A stretch of 64,000 bases of DNA from Octopus sinensis. Lineage: Eukaryota. Both the position numbers and the translations under genes were made by a program. Under the pieces are notes generated by a model. It did not search any database. It saw only the letters and a list, made by a program, of their open reading frames with translations, and was not told where the DNA came from. The stretch covers positions 80,228,001-80,292,000 of the forward strand of contig NC_043004.1 of assembly GCF_006345805.1 (NCBI RefSeq), written 5' to 3'. Below are positions 38,917 to 52,364 of this stretch, piece after piece; position 1 is the first letter of the stretch; the number at the start of each line of letters is the position of its first letter.

Positions 38917-39134
38917 GTATAGATACATATTGAAACATTAATGCTATATATATTGTTTTGGCTGATCCCTTGGACTTTTAAGGTTCATTCCTCGGTTTTC
39001 ATGGCGTATAAGGGACTGAGATCACAACACTCCCTTTGAACAGAATCTTCGTCCCAAACAGGATTCAAGATCAGCAGTTTTGATGGGGAGAGGAGGAAAG
39101 TATTTGACTGATACTTTTATTTTGAATAAAGGGA

Positions 39135-39425
39135 TGAAAGGCGAAGTTGACCGGAAACTGAAAGAAGCCCGTCGTATATATGTATGTAAATATACATGTA
39201 TGCGTGTGTGTATGTTTGTGTGTCTGTGTTTGTCCCCCCAACATCGCTTGACAACCAATGCTGGTGTGTTTACATCCCCGTAACCTAGCGGTTCGGCAAG
39301 AGAGACCGATAGAATAAGTGCTTGGCTTACAAAGAATAAGTCCTGGGGTCGATTTGCTCGACTAAAGACAGTGCTCCGGCATGGCCGCAGTCAAATGACT
39401 GAAACAAGTAAAAGTGTAAAAGAGT
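39135..39425 (+). mobile_element. 5'-truncated SINE family B
   Basis: cggaaactgaaagaagcccgtcg .. gtcaaatgactgaaacaagtaaaag. Confidence 0.9.
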
Positions 39426-39628
39426 ATATATATATACATATATATATATATATTCATAAATAAGGGCAATTTTTCGGCATATTTGGCATTAGAAATTTTT
39501 TCGTTTGCCCTTATTTATGAATTGTTATAATTTTAACCTTTAAAGGTATGTTTTTAATATGCTGGCCATTGATAAAAATTTTTTATCCTACATTTAGATA
39601 CATATATATATATATATATTATATATAT

Positions 39629-39703
<75 letters not shown>

Positions 39704-40456
39704 TTGTGTGTGTGTGTGTCTTTGTGCTCGACTCTGAAATAGACGGAAAGGCTAGATAGAAGAGAAATAGTGATAAGAACAGCATATGCCCTGTCATTCG
39801 ATGCATCTTAAATTCTAAGTAGTCAATCACTTCAAGAAATCGAAGAATCCAAAAAAATGACACAAGACCTTCATAGGATCCAATCCTTACAAAAATAAAT
39901 TCTCAACACCCAAGATCGAATCGTACTAAATGCAGAAAAAGTTCCATTACCATTCTTTATTTAATACTTCTGTTGCAAAGCAGCTATCAACTTCCCCACC
40001 AGCCGCCGCCGCCGCCGCCGCAACTGCCACCGCACCCGCCGCCGCTCCTTCTTTCTGCCTGTCTACTTTCTCATCCTCCCCTTTCATTGGCCCGTCTACC
40101 CGGCTTTTTCCTCTTCTTCCATTGATAAACCAGTCATAAGATTTGATGATGTAACACGACATTTTCTTTAATAGTGAGTTGGAAAAATGTCAGGCTAAAT
40201 GTGGCTGGGTTAGGACCAGAACGGAAGGAACGGCGTGGCGGCGGAAGGGAGGATGGGCATTTGGCGAAAAGGCACCAACCGTCCGACTCTGCGAGTTGTG
40301 TCTACACGGATGTAAGTGCAACAGTTTTGGTATTTGAATTAATTAATGCTATAAACATCCCAGACTGTCTGAAATATCATTCCGATGGTTAACAAATAAT
40401 TATAATCTGTAAAGTATACGAATGTCTACTTGCGTGAGTGTGTGTGTAAGTATGCG

Positions 40457-40489
<33 letters not shown>

Positions 40490-40609
40490 ATATATATATA
40501 AAAACACACGCACAGAAAGAGAGATAGACTGACAGACAGAGTAAGGAGGGAGAGAGGGAAAATTGTGGTAGTTTGTACATTAGATGAACATTAATAGGGA
40601 ATTAAGAGA

Positions 40610-40920
40610 GGAGTAGTGGTGGGGACGGTAGTGGTGGTGGTAGTGGTGGTAGTGGTGATGGCAGTCGTAATTGTAGTTATTGTTGTTGTTGTAACAGTGG
40701 TAATACAAGTAGAAGAGATGGTGGTGATGGTGGTGGTGGTGGTGGTGGTGGTGGTGGTGGTGTGGTGGTGGTTTTGGTGGTGGTGGTGGTGGTGATAATC
40801 AATGTGATGATGATGATGATGATTGATGATGATGATGTTAGGGCTGGGGTGGAAGTGATTGCGGTGGCAGTGGTGGTTGCTGGGAGGGATGGTGTAGTAG
40901 TGGCGGCGGCGGTGATGGAT
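40610..40920. repeat. (GGT/GAT)n tract
   Basis: Direct inspection. Confidence 0.9.
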
Positions 40921-41434
40921 ATTAGGTGGAGTGATATGAAGGATGCGTAACAAGTTGAAAGCACATGGGAATATATCAAATGCAGATGTTTATGGGTTTG
41001 TTTGCTTTGTTTGTTTTGTTTAATCAAAGCGGGAAGGACAGTCCCACCCACCCAACCCTTTATTCTATTCTATTTTCAGGAGTCCCGAAACTGATGGAAC
41101 GAAATTATCTTCAATCCGGTGACCCGATCCGAATGTTCACAACAGAGTAAACTCCATCCGATGCACATCCCTAAGGGCCAGCCTGGAGGTGGTTTTAACC
41201 AAAGCGACTTAATAACACTTAATAACATAAGAAGAACGAGAGTCCCTAGGAAAAGGGATAGAAAAACAGCCTCAGTTCCCTGAAAATATTGGTTTTCTTT
41301 TTGTCCAAGCATCACCACTGGGTAAACACTATATTTTTAGCAGCATAAATATATCACCAAGTGTACTAAAGGTTTATAAGTCAGTGCTGTTTCCTACCTG
41401 TGCTAGCAGTGCGATACAATCACGTTTAAGTTAC

Positions 41435-41501
41435 CTCGACAGATTTTCTATATAAATTAGAGCCAATATTGAAAGTTACGACATTTCGTATACTAATACG
41501 T
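41435..41501 (-). CDS. Weak candidate exon
   Basis: Long pyrimidine tract ..tttcattgtttactcAG, donor GAG|GTAACT, single open frame RISIRNVVTFNIGSNLYRKSVE. Confidence 0.25.
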
Positions 41502-41694
41502 CTGAGTAAACAATGAAATCGAAGATAGAAAAATAAGTCATAAGTGTATATCTATATTTCGGGAGTTATTATTCTTTCCTCAGTGCCACATCCAACTATT
41601 CGCGGAAACATTGCTTAAATAGCCACTAGATTCAACGCTGTAACACAATTGGATATATTTTGTGCATATGTTGGTGTGTGTGTGGTGTGTGTGT

Positions 41695-41737
<43 letters not shown>

Positions 41738-41891
41738 TGTGTGTGTGTGCGTTTGTTCCCCCAACATCACTTGACAACCGATGCTGGTGTGTTTACCTCC
41801 CCGTAACTTAGCGGTTCGGCAAAAGAGATCGTTAGAATAAGTACTAAGCTTACAAAGAATATAAGAATGCGTGTGTGAGTTTGTGTGCAGA

Positions 41892-43151
41892 CAGGAGTTA
41901 GATAAAATAATGGAAACACCTATTTTTTAAAAATATCTATAAAACCGACAAAAGCTTGTTTATTTTTATGTTTTTTTGATTTATTATTAGTGTTGCTTCA
42001 GATTTTTGATAAAATTGCTGTTTCTTTTCGGATATCATTAGAAAAAGGTAATTAAAATTCATTAAAAATGACAGATCTATCGAACTTTCAAAGAGGTCAA
42101 ATTGTTGGTGTTCGTATGGCAGGCGCTAGCATAACAAAAACGCCCGAAATGTTTGGTGTATCAAGAAGTACTGTCTTGAAAGTATTGACAGCCTTTGAGA
42201 AAGAGGGAAAACCCTCGTTGTCGAAATGAAACTCCGGAAGAAAACCAAAACTTTCTGATAGGGACCGTCGGACTCTTATGCGAATTGTTAGAAAGGATCA
42301 CAAAAGTACAGCTCCCAAAATTACTGCAGAGCTTATTGACCACCTCGAGAACCTAGTTTCCACAAAAGCTATTCGCCGGGAGCTGCACAAAGCCATATTT
42401 CATGGGAGGGCTGCAATCAAAAAACGACTACTTTTAAAAACAAACGTTGCAAAGCGTTTAGAGTTCAATAAAAACTTACATAATTGATCCCTAGAGTAGT
42501 GGAAGTTTGTTATTTTGTCGGACGAGTCATCCTTTACCTTATTTCTGACCACCAGCCGAGTATACGTGTGGAGATAGCCAAAAGAAGCATTTGACCCAAA
42601 CTACCTTCTTCCAACTGCTAAACATGGAGGAGGATCTGTGATGGTCTGGGGAGCTATATCTTGGAAATCTGCCGGCCCAATGGTTTCCCTTCGAGGTAGA
42701 ATTACTAGTCAAGACTATTTAAGCATTTTATCTGATCAAATTCATCCTATGTTTGCACAACTGCTTTCGGAGGGAGACACAATCTTTCAGGATGATAATG
42801 CACCAATTCACACAGCTAAACAGGTTACTGAATGGCACGAAAAACATTCTAGTGAAGTTGAACATCTTATCTGTCCACCACAGTCCCTAGATCTCAATAT
42901 TATTGAACATTTATGGTGCATTTTAGAAAAACAAGTAAGGAGTCGATATCCTCCACCATCATCACTACAAGAACTGGAAACTGTTTTAGCTGAAGAATGG
43001 ACAAACTTTCCTTTAGAAACAATTCAAACTTTGTACGAGTCCATACCTCGTAGAATTCAAGCTGTAATTACTGCCAAAGGCAGTCCTACTCCATAATAAA
43101 ATAAATTTCTTTAAAATTTTAAGGTGTTTCCATTATTTTGTTCAACCCCTG
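41892..43151 (+). mobile_element. Full-length 1.26-kb Tc1-family transposon with DD36E spacing (Incomer-like)
   Basis: TIRs CAGG(A/G)GTT.GA.AAAATAATGGAAACACCT at both ends; TA at 43152-43153 (left TA reads GA). Confidence 0.92.
42068..43096 (+). pseudogene. Tc1 transposase pseudogene, 343 codons, four premature stops, no frameshift
   Basis: MTDLSNFQRGQIVG..SGRKPKL..SDESSF..KHGGGSVMVWG..FQDDNAPIH..PPQSLDLNIIEHLW; stops at 42227, 42485, 42497, 42575. Confidence 0.93.
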
Positions 43152-43184
43152 TACATGTATGCACACACAGATACACATACACAG

Positions 43185-43325
43185 AACTGGCTTCCATGTA
43201 GTTTCCGTCTACCAAATTCATTCATAAGGCATCGACCGGTCCGGGGCTATAGTAGAAGGCACGTGCCAAAAGTGAACCCGAAAGCATATAGTTGCATAGC
43301 TAGCTCCTTGACCACACAGTCATCC
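43185..43325 (-). mobile_element. Degraded SINE family B 5' half
   Basis: gtttccgtctaccaaattcattcataagg..gctatagtagaag. Confidence 0.75.
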
Positions 43326-44499
43326 CTGGGTGTTTTGTTCATAAATTCTTCCCAAAATACAGACTTAATATTTTTGCACATCCTGGTTGCACCCTTTCGA
43401 CAATCTAAATCCAATAACAGCCATTGTAACAAAGAAATTAACATTAAGATATTATGTGACGACAGTTTATGCTTTATATTACTGGCCAGAAAAGGATTGT
43501 CAGAGCTCATAGCTTTCACAGGCCTCGTTAAACTGAATGAGGATAGAGCAATTAATATTCATTTTTCAGTGTTGAAGAATGTAGTTGAGAAAGGATTGAG
43601 TTTTTAGAATTGAGTTAATTTAAGGCATGTTGACAGATAAAAAGGCCTGGCAATAGAGAATACCAAACGGCCGTTCAACTGTTCCGCTGTATTTTCGTAT
43701 TGAAGACTCACTTTTTTAAGTGAAAAACTGATTTTTATGCGAAGCCAATGAGGAAGCCTCTACGTCGTCGCTTGCAATGAGACAAAAAGCAACCATCTTT
43801 CCTTCAAAATACCCATCTTTCCTTTTCATCATCTCTGGTCTGCAACTACGGTACCAATTTAGTTCTTTCTTTCTCTCTCTTTCTCTTTCTGTCTCCTACT
43901 TTCTCTTTCCCTCTCTCTCTCACTATATTCAAAGTACCCGAGACACGCTGTGTACTCCTGATGGCACCCTACAACTCCACCAGGGGTTGAGCATGCAAAG
44001 ACGGAAGAACGGAAAGATTACCGAAATATTAAACAGTCTGAAAAGCTGTTCCTGGCAAAAAGGTCAAAGCTGGACTCTCAATTGATAACAAATCTACCAG
44101 ATCGAATCTGGCCTCTGAACGGCAGCAACTGGCTTTTATATCTCATCTAAAAATTTGGGGGTTTGTGTATTTTCAGAAGTAATCCATCTTAGATATTTCA
44201 TCAATATTCCTGAGTTGGGATTATTTTAGGTCGGGTGAAAAATTGAAGAGTTATTTTGTGGATGTGATAATATATTCGTAATGGAAGAGAGAAAGAAGAA
44301 AACAGAGAGAGAGAGGGGGGGGAGGGAGGGAGGGAGAGAGAGATGATGAAACTTTTGCGATGTGTTTTTAACTGTGCTTAATATGTTGAATAGCAGGGCT
44401 TTTCCAACGTAGATGATAATGATCGTCCTTAATCCTAATCTCAGTGTACGCCCCAGAAAAATCCACCACTCTATATAACAACCCCCTCGATATACCCAT

Positions 44500-44950
44500 C
44501 AATCCATCCATTCATCCGTTCATCTTCTCCTCTCACTATTCTTAGGCCGGTCGTTGAAGTAGAGACCACAGGAACCTCCTCCATATCTTATCAGAGACAA
44601 CCGCATTACATATTTCAGTTGGATTCCCAGGCGTCACCAAGTGAGGCTATGGATATTATCCAACAAACTTGTTCTTCGTCTACTCCCTGGGCTTCTGCTC
44701 GTTGGCTCGGCTTCAACAATTCGTCTTCCGATTCTTTCCTGCAACATGTCCGAAGAACCGGAGCTGTGAACTTTCAATGAGAGTAAAAGTCCACAATAAA
44801 GAACTGGAAAAACCTTGCTCTATCTTTTGCCATTATTAGCTTTCAAATGATGACCTCATTGGTATTGCACCAAAGAAGCGTGGCCAGAGACCCTCTTAAT
44901 GTAGTCATTGATGTTCCTAAGCAGGTGTCAGCTCACCAACCCAATCTCTG
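44500..44950 (-). mobile_element. RTE-clade LINE 3' remnant with (GGAT)n tail
   Basis: Frameshifted F.GHVA.. and terminal VVSDKIWRRFLWSLLQRP, like the RTE DRxxWRxxLxSLPxRP end. Confidence 0.55.
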
Positions 44951-44989
44951 AATTCATTAATCAGATGACATTTGTGATTGGAAGTAAGG

Positions 44990-45358
44990 TTCAGTTTGTG
45001 GTCTTTGATAATTATGTGTGTGACCTCCTTCGGTCAGACACTGACCATTGGGCTTGCACCTAGAGAGTTATCCTCTGAAACACAAGTCTGGGCAAGGTTG
45101 TTTTTATGGAAGACCAGCAGTCGCCCATGCATACCGGCCTCCCCTCTCCACGCCACCAGTGTTATCCAAGGGAAAGACAAAGGCCGATACAGCTTGGCAC
45201 CTGTGACGTCGCAACTCATTTCTACAGCTGAGTGAACCGGAGCAACGTGAAATAAAGCGTCTTGCTCAAGAACACAACACGCAGCCCGGTCCGAGATTCG
45301 AGCTCACAACCTCACGATCGTAAGCTCGACGCTGTAACCACTGAGCCACGTACCTTTA
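44990..45358 (-). mobile_element. Full-length SINE family D with an alternative tail
   Basis: tRNA head gtggctcagtggttacagc..gagctcgaatct, domain gttgtgttcttgagcaagacgctttatttcacgttgctcc, tail ccataaaaacaaccttgccc. Confidence 0.8.
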
Positions 45359-45827
45359 CTGATAATTATAAAGGCTCTTATTTTCTTCACCAAGGCCTCC
45401 ACCCTAGTCTAAAGTCGACCTCCTTCGTCTTATGGCTGATGTCATTATAAAGTTCAGGGCCGCTTTCCGATATGTTTAAGCAATCCTGTTGTTTAGTAGC
45501 TGAGCTAATATATTATTATATATGCCATATAGAATTTTAGTCGTGAACCAAGGAGATTTTAAAAGTTATATGGAAGACGAACGGTTTTTATATGGTTTAA
45601 ATATATAGATAGTGGAAGAGACAAAAAGAAAAGAGAGAAAATAGAAAAAGAAAGAGAGAGAGAGAGAGATGTGGAGACTTTTCCGATGTAATCATGGCTA
45701 TGGAAACTATGTGCAGTCATCATGGAGATTATCTGATTCCTTAGCATTTTCTAGTATCATCCACGCTTCATATCTGAATCACCCGTCTTTAATGTCTATT
45801 ACGCAGCTAAAGAGACGTGGGGACAGT

Positions 45828-45878
<51 letters not shown>

Positions 45879-46044
45879 AGTAGTAGTAGTAGTAGGCAAG
45901 AATTCGTCCAACGTCACGTACGAACTCTTAATATATGAATAGTCTTAAGCTTTATTCAACTTTTACCAGACTCGATAGCAATGATTTGGATCGCTTTGTG
46001 ATGCTACGATCTAAAAACATTAATGTTTTCAAAGCGAATACACG

Positions 46045-46048
46045 TTTG

Positions 46049-46094
<46 letters not shown>

Positions 46095-46604
46095 CACATA
46101 TATATGCATACACATATGTGTATGTATATATATATACACCACACATATATATACATACACATACACATATATATATGCAGATATATATATATATATATAT
46201 TATATATATTATAATATATTATATATATATACATATATATATATATATAGTATGTATGTATGTATATATGTATGTATGTATATATGTATGTATGTATATA
46301 TGTATGTATGTATATATGTATGTATGTATATATGTATGTATGTATATATGTATGTATGTATATATGTATGTATGTATATATATATATATATATTATATAT
46401 ATATGTATTATATATATATATATATATGTATTATATATATATACATATATATATATATAGATATATATATATATACATACATACATAAATGCATACATAC
46501 ATACATACATACATACATACATACATAAATGCATACATACATACATATATATATATATATTATATATATATATATATATATAAAATATGTATATATATAA
46601 TATG

Positions 46605-46638
<34 letters not shown>

Positions 46639-47090
46639 GCATACATACATACATACATACATACGTACATACATACATACATATATAATATATATATATT
46701 ATATAATATATTATATATATTATTATATATATATATATATATAATATGTATATATATATAATATGTTATATATATATATATATATATAATATGTATGAAG
46801 TAAGAGTAATTATTTTCTTTGGGTACGTGAACGAAATCATAGAGAAAAGTATCTTGTCATAAAAGGAAAATGTGCTGAGCTGTGTTTTTCCGTCTGTACT
46901 ATTATTATCCCTTTATCATACACTTGATACATCGTCAGATCATCAAAAACCTATACTTTAACGAAACGTGGTTTTCGAAAATGGCTGACGTCGTCAGTTG
47001 TTGGCTTAACATGAGTCATAGTTGCTGTTTATAAAAGTAAGGGTTTTTTCAAACAGACCAAAGCTCGGGGACTATATATATGTATGTATG

Positions 47091-47124
<34 letters not shown>

Positions 47125-47309
47125 TGTATGTATGTATGTATGTATGTATGTATGTATATTAGTGAAGAACCACCATGTAGCAATTCAACAATGATATAGT
47201 AAATCATAATATATAGAAAAAATTATATATACGATAAAACATATACCTATAATAAGTAAGTAGAAAATAATAAATAAAAAGTATATGATTAGTATATAAA
47301 TAATATATG

Positions 47310-47395
<86 letters not shown>

Positions 47396-47400
47396 TATTT
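46045..47400. repeat. (TA)n/(TATG)n microsatellite blocks
   Basis: Direct inspection. Confidence 0.9.
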
Positions 47401-47407
47401 ATATAAA

Positions 47408-47880
47408 CAGGGTGGGACATAAAAAAAAACTCCCACATTGTGAATGAAATTATGTTTCCTGTTTCTGAAAAGTACGTTAAAAAACAATTTATTTTACTGG
47501 GTTTTAAAGACCATATCAAACAAATGGCAACCGTTAGTGGTAATACATCGATGCAGTCGTTTCTGGGATTTCTCCATGACTTCCTGTGTCATCTCAGGTG
47601 GTACTGCGTTGATTTCCTCACGAATCTTTTCAAATCCTCAGGAGTTCGAGGACGATGTCGGAACACTTTTTTCCTTTAGGTATCCCCAAAGATAAAAAAT
47701 CACAAGGGCTTAAATCCGGTGACCTTGCCAGCTACTCCACGCCTCCCCTCAAAGCTTTTGAGTAATTAATAATGAATACAAAACAAGTAGACCTTACACT
47801 CCCAAATGAAGTCCCGCCTCTCTACTTCCACTTATGTTCACAAGACATCTCCAAATGTGGGAGATCTTTATGCCCCAGTC
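47408..47880 (-). mobile_element. Internally deleted Tc1/mariner element retaining only the C-terminus
   Basis: ARSPDLSPCDF..WGYLKEKVFRHRPRTPEDLK..IREEINAVPPEM..RLHRCITTNGCHL; degenerate TIRs cagggtgggacataaa..ctcccacatt. Confidence 0.8.
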
Positions 47881-47894
47881 TATATATATATATA

Positions 47895-48279
47895 CTAGCA
47901 GTATCGCCCGGCGATGCTCAGGTTTGTAAGGGAAATAACTATAAAGCATTTTTAGAGAGTTATAGCCAAAGAATAGCAAAAAAAATGGAAAAAAATTATG
48001 GTAAATTTTTTTTGATAGTTAAAAAAGGTGGAGTTGCGTCCCCTACACAGTTTGTGGTTTGTGTTCCTGATTCTCGACCCCATGTCGAATTTATCGATTT
48101 TTTTCAGAACTGGGGGAACTTTTCAAAATTTTCACTGCGTTAGTTTTGAATTATGACATTGGGCTATGTGTGTGTCAAGTTTCATCAGAATCGGTTGAAA
48201 GCCGTGGTCAGGGTGAGGGTACAAGCAAACAGACACACAGAAACACGCACAGACAAACTGCCGTTTATATAGAGAGAGA
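47895..48279 (-). mobile_element. Non-autonomous Helitron/HINE-like element
   Basis: A|TC .. CTAG|T termini on the minus strand, subterminal gcccggcgatgctcagg, internal aagtttcatcagaatcggtt and (CA)-rich tract typical of HINE/DINE-like repeats. Confidence 0.7.
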
Positions 48280-48280
48280 T

Positions 48281-48690
48281 ATAGGGAGAGTTTACGAAAA
48301 AAACAAAAGACGAAGACAGGTGGTGTACAAAACAAACAGATGTATTAGTATAACGCTCAGGAACAGAAAAAGTATTTTACGTTTCGACCCTACGCTCTTA
48401 TACTACTGGATAGACCAATTTCCCATACAAAATACACTCTTGTCAACTGGTTCGTGCATTATTAATTGTTGGTTGCAAAATCGACAATGTCTCTGCCAGC
48501 AATTACTATTCTTTAAAATATTGATTATTTTTGTCTGGTTCCAAAATAATCCGATGTTGTGGGATAATTTCGTTTGGAATAGGTAACACCACCTGATGAC
48601 GAAAAATGGCACCTGTTTGGTTATGTTGAAGTACAATATTATCGTTTATTGAAAACCAATCGAATGATTATTGCTCTCAAAGAACAAATA
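48281..48690 (-). mobile_element. Penelope-like element 3' end: GIY-YIG C-terminal remnant followed by the terminal repeat
   Basis: LQHNQTGAIFRH..HRIILEPDKN..LLAETLSILQPTIN, then directly agagcgtagggtcgaaacgt..ttcctgagcgtta in the same orientation. Confidence 0.55.
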
Positions 48691-48732
48691 TCAAATACTA
48701 TAAAATCGATTTTGACGGAATCAGTTTATTCA

Positions 48733-48832
48733 CCTTCAAAATTTGGCCGAATTCTAGACAATTCCTCCTTCAGAAAAAATTGGCGGCGTATCATGTCGGA
48801 ATGGTAACGAGAGTAAATCTGTTCTTTGTCTC
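48733..48832 (-). CDS. Weak candidate exon
   Basis: CAG acceptor (short pyrimidine tract), AAG|GTGAAT donor, single open frame RDKEQIYSRYHSDMIRRQFFLKEELSRIRPNFE; phase compatible with 49252-49280. Confidence 0.25.
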
Positions 48833-48976
48833 GCTGAAAGGCTCGATTTGCGACCACGTGTTTTCGGCATCAGACCCATTGTGCAGTTCCCTGGGCAAGT
48901 GTCATCTGCTATAAGACTGGGTCGAGCAGTGCCTTTCGAGTGAATTTGGTAGGCTTCTAGTGTGTGCAGTATCCCG

Positions 48977-49026
<50 letters not shown>

Positions 49027-49251
49027 GTGTGTATGTGTGTGTGCGATCATGGACTCTCCCGTCGTTAGACGACGTATGAATACATATCCAGTGTTAGAAG
49101 CTTTGCAAAGGCAATGGTGATAATAATAATACTAATAAAATTAATAATAATAATAATAACAATAACAACAACAACAACAGCAACAACAACAATAGCAACA
49201 ACAACAACAAAGCCACAAATTTGTAGTGATACTTTTCTTGATGGAATTTAC

Positions 49252-49280
49252 CTCCCAAACAATGTATGATTCATTTAGGA
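49252..49280 (-). CDS. Candidate 29-nt micro-exon
   Basis: ctttttattttccatctgtAG acceptor, GAG|GTAAAT donor, single open frame LNESYIVWE. Confidence 0.25.
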
Positions 49281-49482
49281 CTACAGATGGAAAATAAAAA
49301 GCATGAAAAAGTAACATCAACGCAATTCCACATAAGGAAAGATAAAATTCTAGCATAGATTTCCTAGGATGCGTTACCATTCCTACAGCAGAACTGCCTC
49401 GGTTTTTGAATAATATCAAAAAAATCGTTTTAATGTCATGTTATGCGGTTAATATCCATTGCAAAAACCATCAAACCAAAAC

Positions 49483-49539
<57 letters not shown>

Positions 49540-49890
49540 TAATAATAATAAATTGTTCAAGAAAAACATATTCCAAAAAATTAAATTAGCTTTGTCCATG
49601 AAGTACAACAACCTTTTGTGTTTCCAGTAACGTGTGAAGGTCACGATTTGACTGGTTCTGAATGCAATCAATAATTACAAAAATAAAATTCTTTATTACC
49701 ATTTTCAAAGGAATTTTCAAATGCTTTTTCCTTTAGGCATCTACTTTAGACCCTCCCAATTTAAGCGCGATTATCTCTTTTATGATGAAATCCGCCGACA
49801 CCCAACTTTCCCAAATTCAGCCATTTATTACCACATACATGCATACATGCACACATACATACAAAAACACACACACATACATGTATATAC

Positions 49891-49938
<48 letters not shown>

Positions 49939-49973
49939 GAGTGTGTATGTGTATTATATATACATGTATTGTG

Positions 49974-50019
<46 letters not shown>

Positions 50020-50163
50020 ATATATATACATTTAAATGTATATATGTCTACACTCATACACACACACACACACATATATATGCTACAGAACCTCCCAAAA
50101 CTAGATACCTCTATATATTTATGTGTGTGTGTAATATATGTATTTATACATAATCACACAGAA

Positions 50164-50194
<31 letters not shown>

Positions 50195-50779
50195 TGTATG
50201 TTAGTTACAGCTCCTTTCTGTTTCGATGGGAGTTGGCTCCAAATGCAAAAATAATTTATGCTACAACCAACTATTTTAAATTTTTATAGTTGTCATGTTT
50301 AAATAAACATCAAATGAGTTTGCCATGTTAATCATTTAGTTCTCATTAAAGTACTGAAACTATTTTCAAAAATAAAACATAAAAAAGAAAAAAAGAAGGA
50401 AAAAGAAAAACGAAAAGAATCTAGAAATAACAAAAAATATAAATATTTAGCGGGAGGTTGCAAGCCTAATTAGAGGGTGTCCTCACGTGAGGCAATTAGT
50501 CACATCAGGTAGAAACGAACGTGTATGCAATTGGAACAATATCTTTGTATTTCTGTATATTTTCGTGTATATCTTTAACAAGAGAACATAATGTAAACAC
50601 TTATATTTATGCAGCTAAATATAATGCATTTATCAGAGTATGGACATGTATTGAATTTATCATACCTGCATGTAAACATATATATGTAGTGAGAGTGTGT
50701 GGCATAATAGATAGGGTTCATTATCGTATGTTCCCGAGTTCGATTCCTGGCGGCACGCTGCATTTTTAGGCAAATGGTA

Positions 50780-51720
50780 AATTGTTACCATTCTATTTTT
50801 CTATTTTCACGCATGCGCATTGTTTGTTTTTGATTTTGTCGACTACACAGTATAGTAGAGTCAGTTGGGTGGCACTGTCTGTGAGAAAAACACCACTATG
50901 CCGCAATTCACTGTGCCAGAAATTAGGAAACGTGCTATACTACTTGGCATACGCGTCGGAAGCTCCAATACGAACATTTCAGAATGTTTGTGTGTCAATC
51001 TGAGGACAGTACAGAGGATTCGGACAGAATTGGACGAGTCTAATGGTGATTACAAAGGTATGGTAGCTCGAAAAACTCACCCTGATCATTCTCATAAGAA
51101 AAGAACTTCTGAATTTGTTGGTGAGATCCAGGCCATGATTGTCAACGATCCCTCCAAATCAATCAGGTCCGTCGCCAGGTTCATGGGAGTGTCTGAGTTT
51201 CTTAACAGGTTCGTAGTGCATGAAGACATTCGGTATTCCTCATACAAGATGAGAGAGTGCCAATTTTTATCCCGAGCCATCAATGACAAGAGGAAAGACC
51301 GCGCTACGGAGCTTTTGAACAAACTCAAACAACCCCCTCCAACCGAATTTGCTTTGGTTTTTCCCTGGCAAGAAAATTTTCTGCCAGGATCAGATGGTGA
51401 ACACACAGAACAACTGTCGGTTTGCCGTGTTCCCAAAATATGTACCGAGAGTGATAAAAATCAAACGTCCAGTCAACGTCAGAGTGTTTGGAGTGATTTC
51501 TATTGATGGCGATGTTATGCCTCCATTCACCTTCCCACACGGCCTCACACTCAACACGGAGGCATACATCAAGTGCCTGGAGAAGGTAGTACTCCCCAGG
51601 GTAAAGAGGGTAGCTGCTGGAAGACTCTATGTCTGGCAACAGAACTCTGTACCATGCCACACAGGCAGTAGAACTTAGTCATGGCTGTCAGACAATTTCT
51701 GCGACCACAGCACACATAAC
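50780..51720 (+). mobile_element. 3'-truncated DD37D/maT-like transposase pseudogene
   Basis: MPQFTVPEIRKRAIL..DPSKSIRSVAR..YSSYKMR..NKLK; frameshift; WFF(PGK)..QDQMVNTQNN..VFGVISIDGDVMPP..VAAGRLYVWQQ(N)SVPCHT; catalytic Asp residues mutated. Confidence 0.85.
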
Positions 51721-52364
51721 ATTTATATGATGCAACAAATCTTACGGCCGTTTACGCATCCGGTGCGGATCAATGTTTAGAAATACCTACGGACTTTCGT
51801 AGCCCCAAGAATGGTAGATTACATGCTTTTAATATTTTGGGCTTCCAGACTTCTTTTCTAGGCCATGTTTTCTTTCCTATTCCTTCTTTCTTTTGTTTAC
51901 TCCGTTGAAGTACCGTGCTCTGATTCAAGTATCCTATGAAGAGGAGGAATTTTATTTCCGCAATTATTTGCAAGTACGGGGTTTTGCATTCACCGTCGCT
52001 AGGTCGCAGGTTCGATTCCCAGACGGCGCAGTTTGTTATGTTTTTGATCTAAGCATTCCATGTCATGTTGATCAGCGAGCATTTTAACATCTCACGCAAT
52101 GCCGTTTTGATGAAGGAAGTGAGCTAATAGCACATTCGTCGTCCAACGATGTGAGAGACCCTTAAGCATGCACACACACGTGACTACGCCCATACTGGTG
52201 CACCACTTTAAAGAGTTTTAACCGAACAGATCGACAGCAGTGCTTATTTTTCTTTTAAAGTCTCTCACTTATAATAACGATCTCTTATGCCGATCTACAA
52301 AGTTACAGGGACGTAAACATACCAACACCATCCAACCAAAATGCAAATATATGGGAAACTACCA

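Noticed and set aside
50865-51678. Active transposase or Fanzor/TnpB-like nuclease
   Set aside because: maT-like motifs with frameshift, mutated catalytic Asp and 3' truncation; no RuvC-type motifs here or elsewhere in the window
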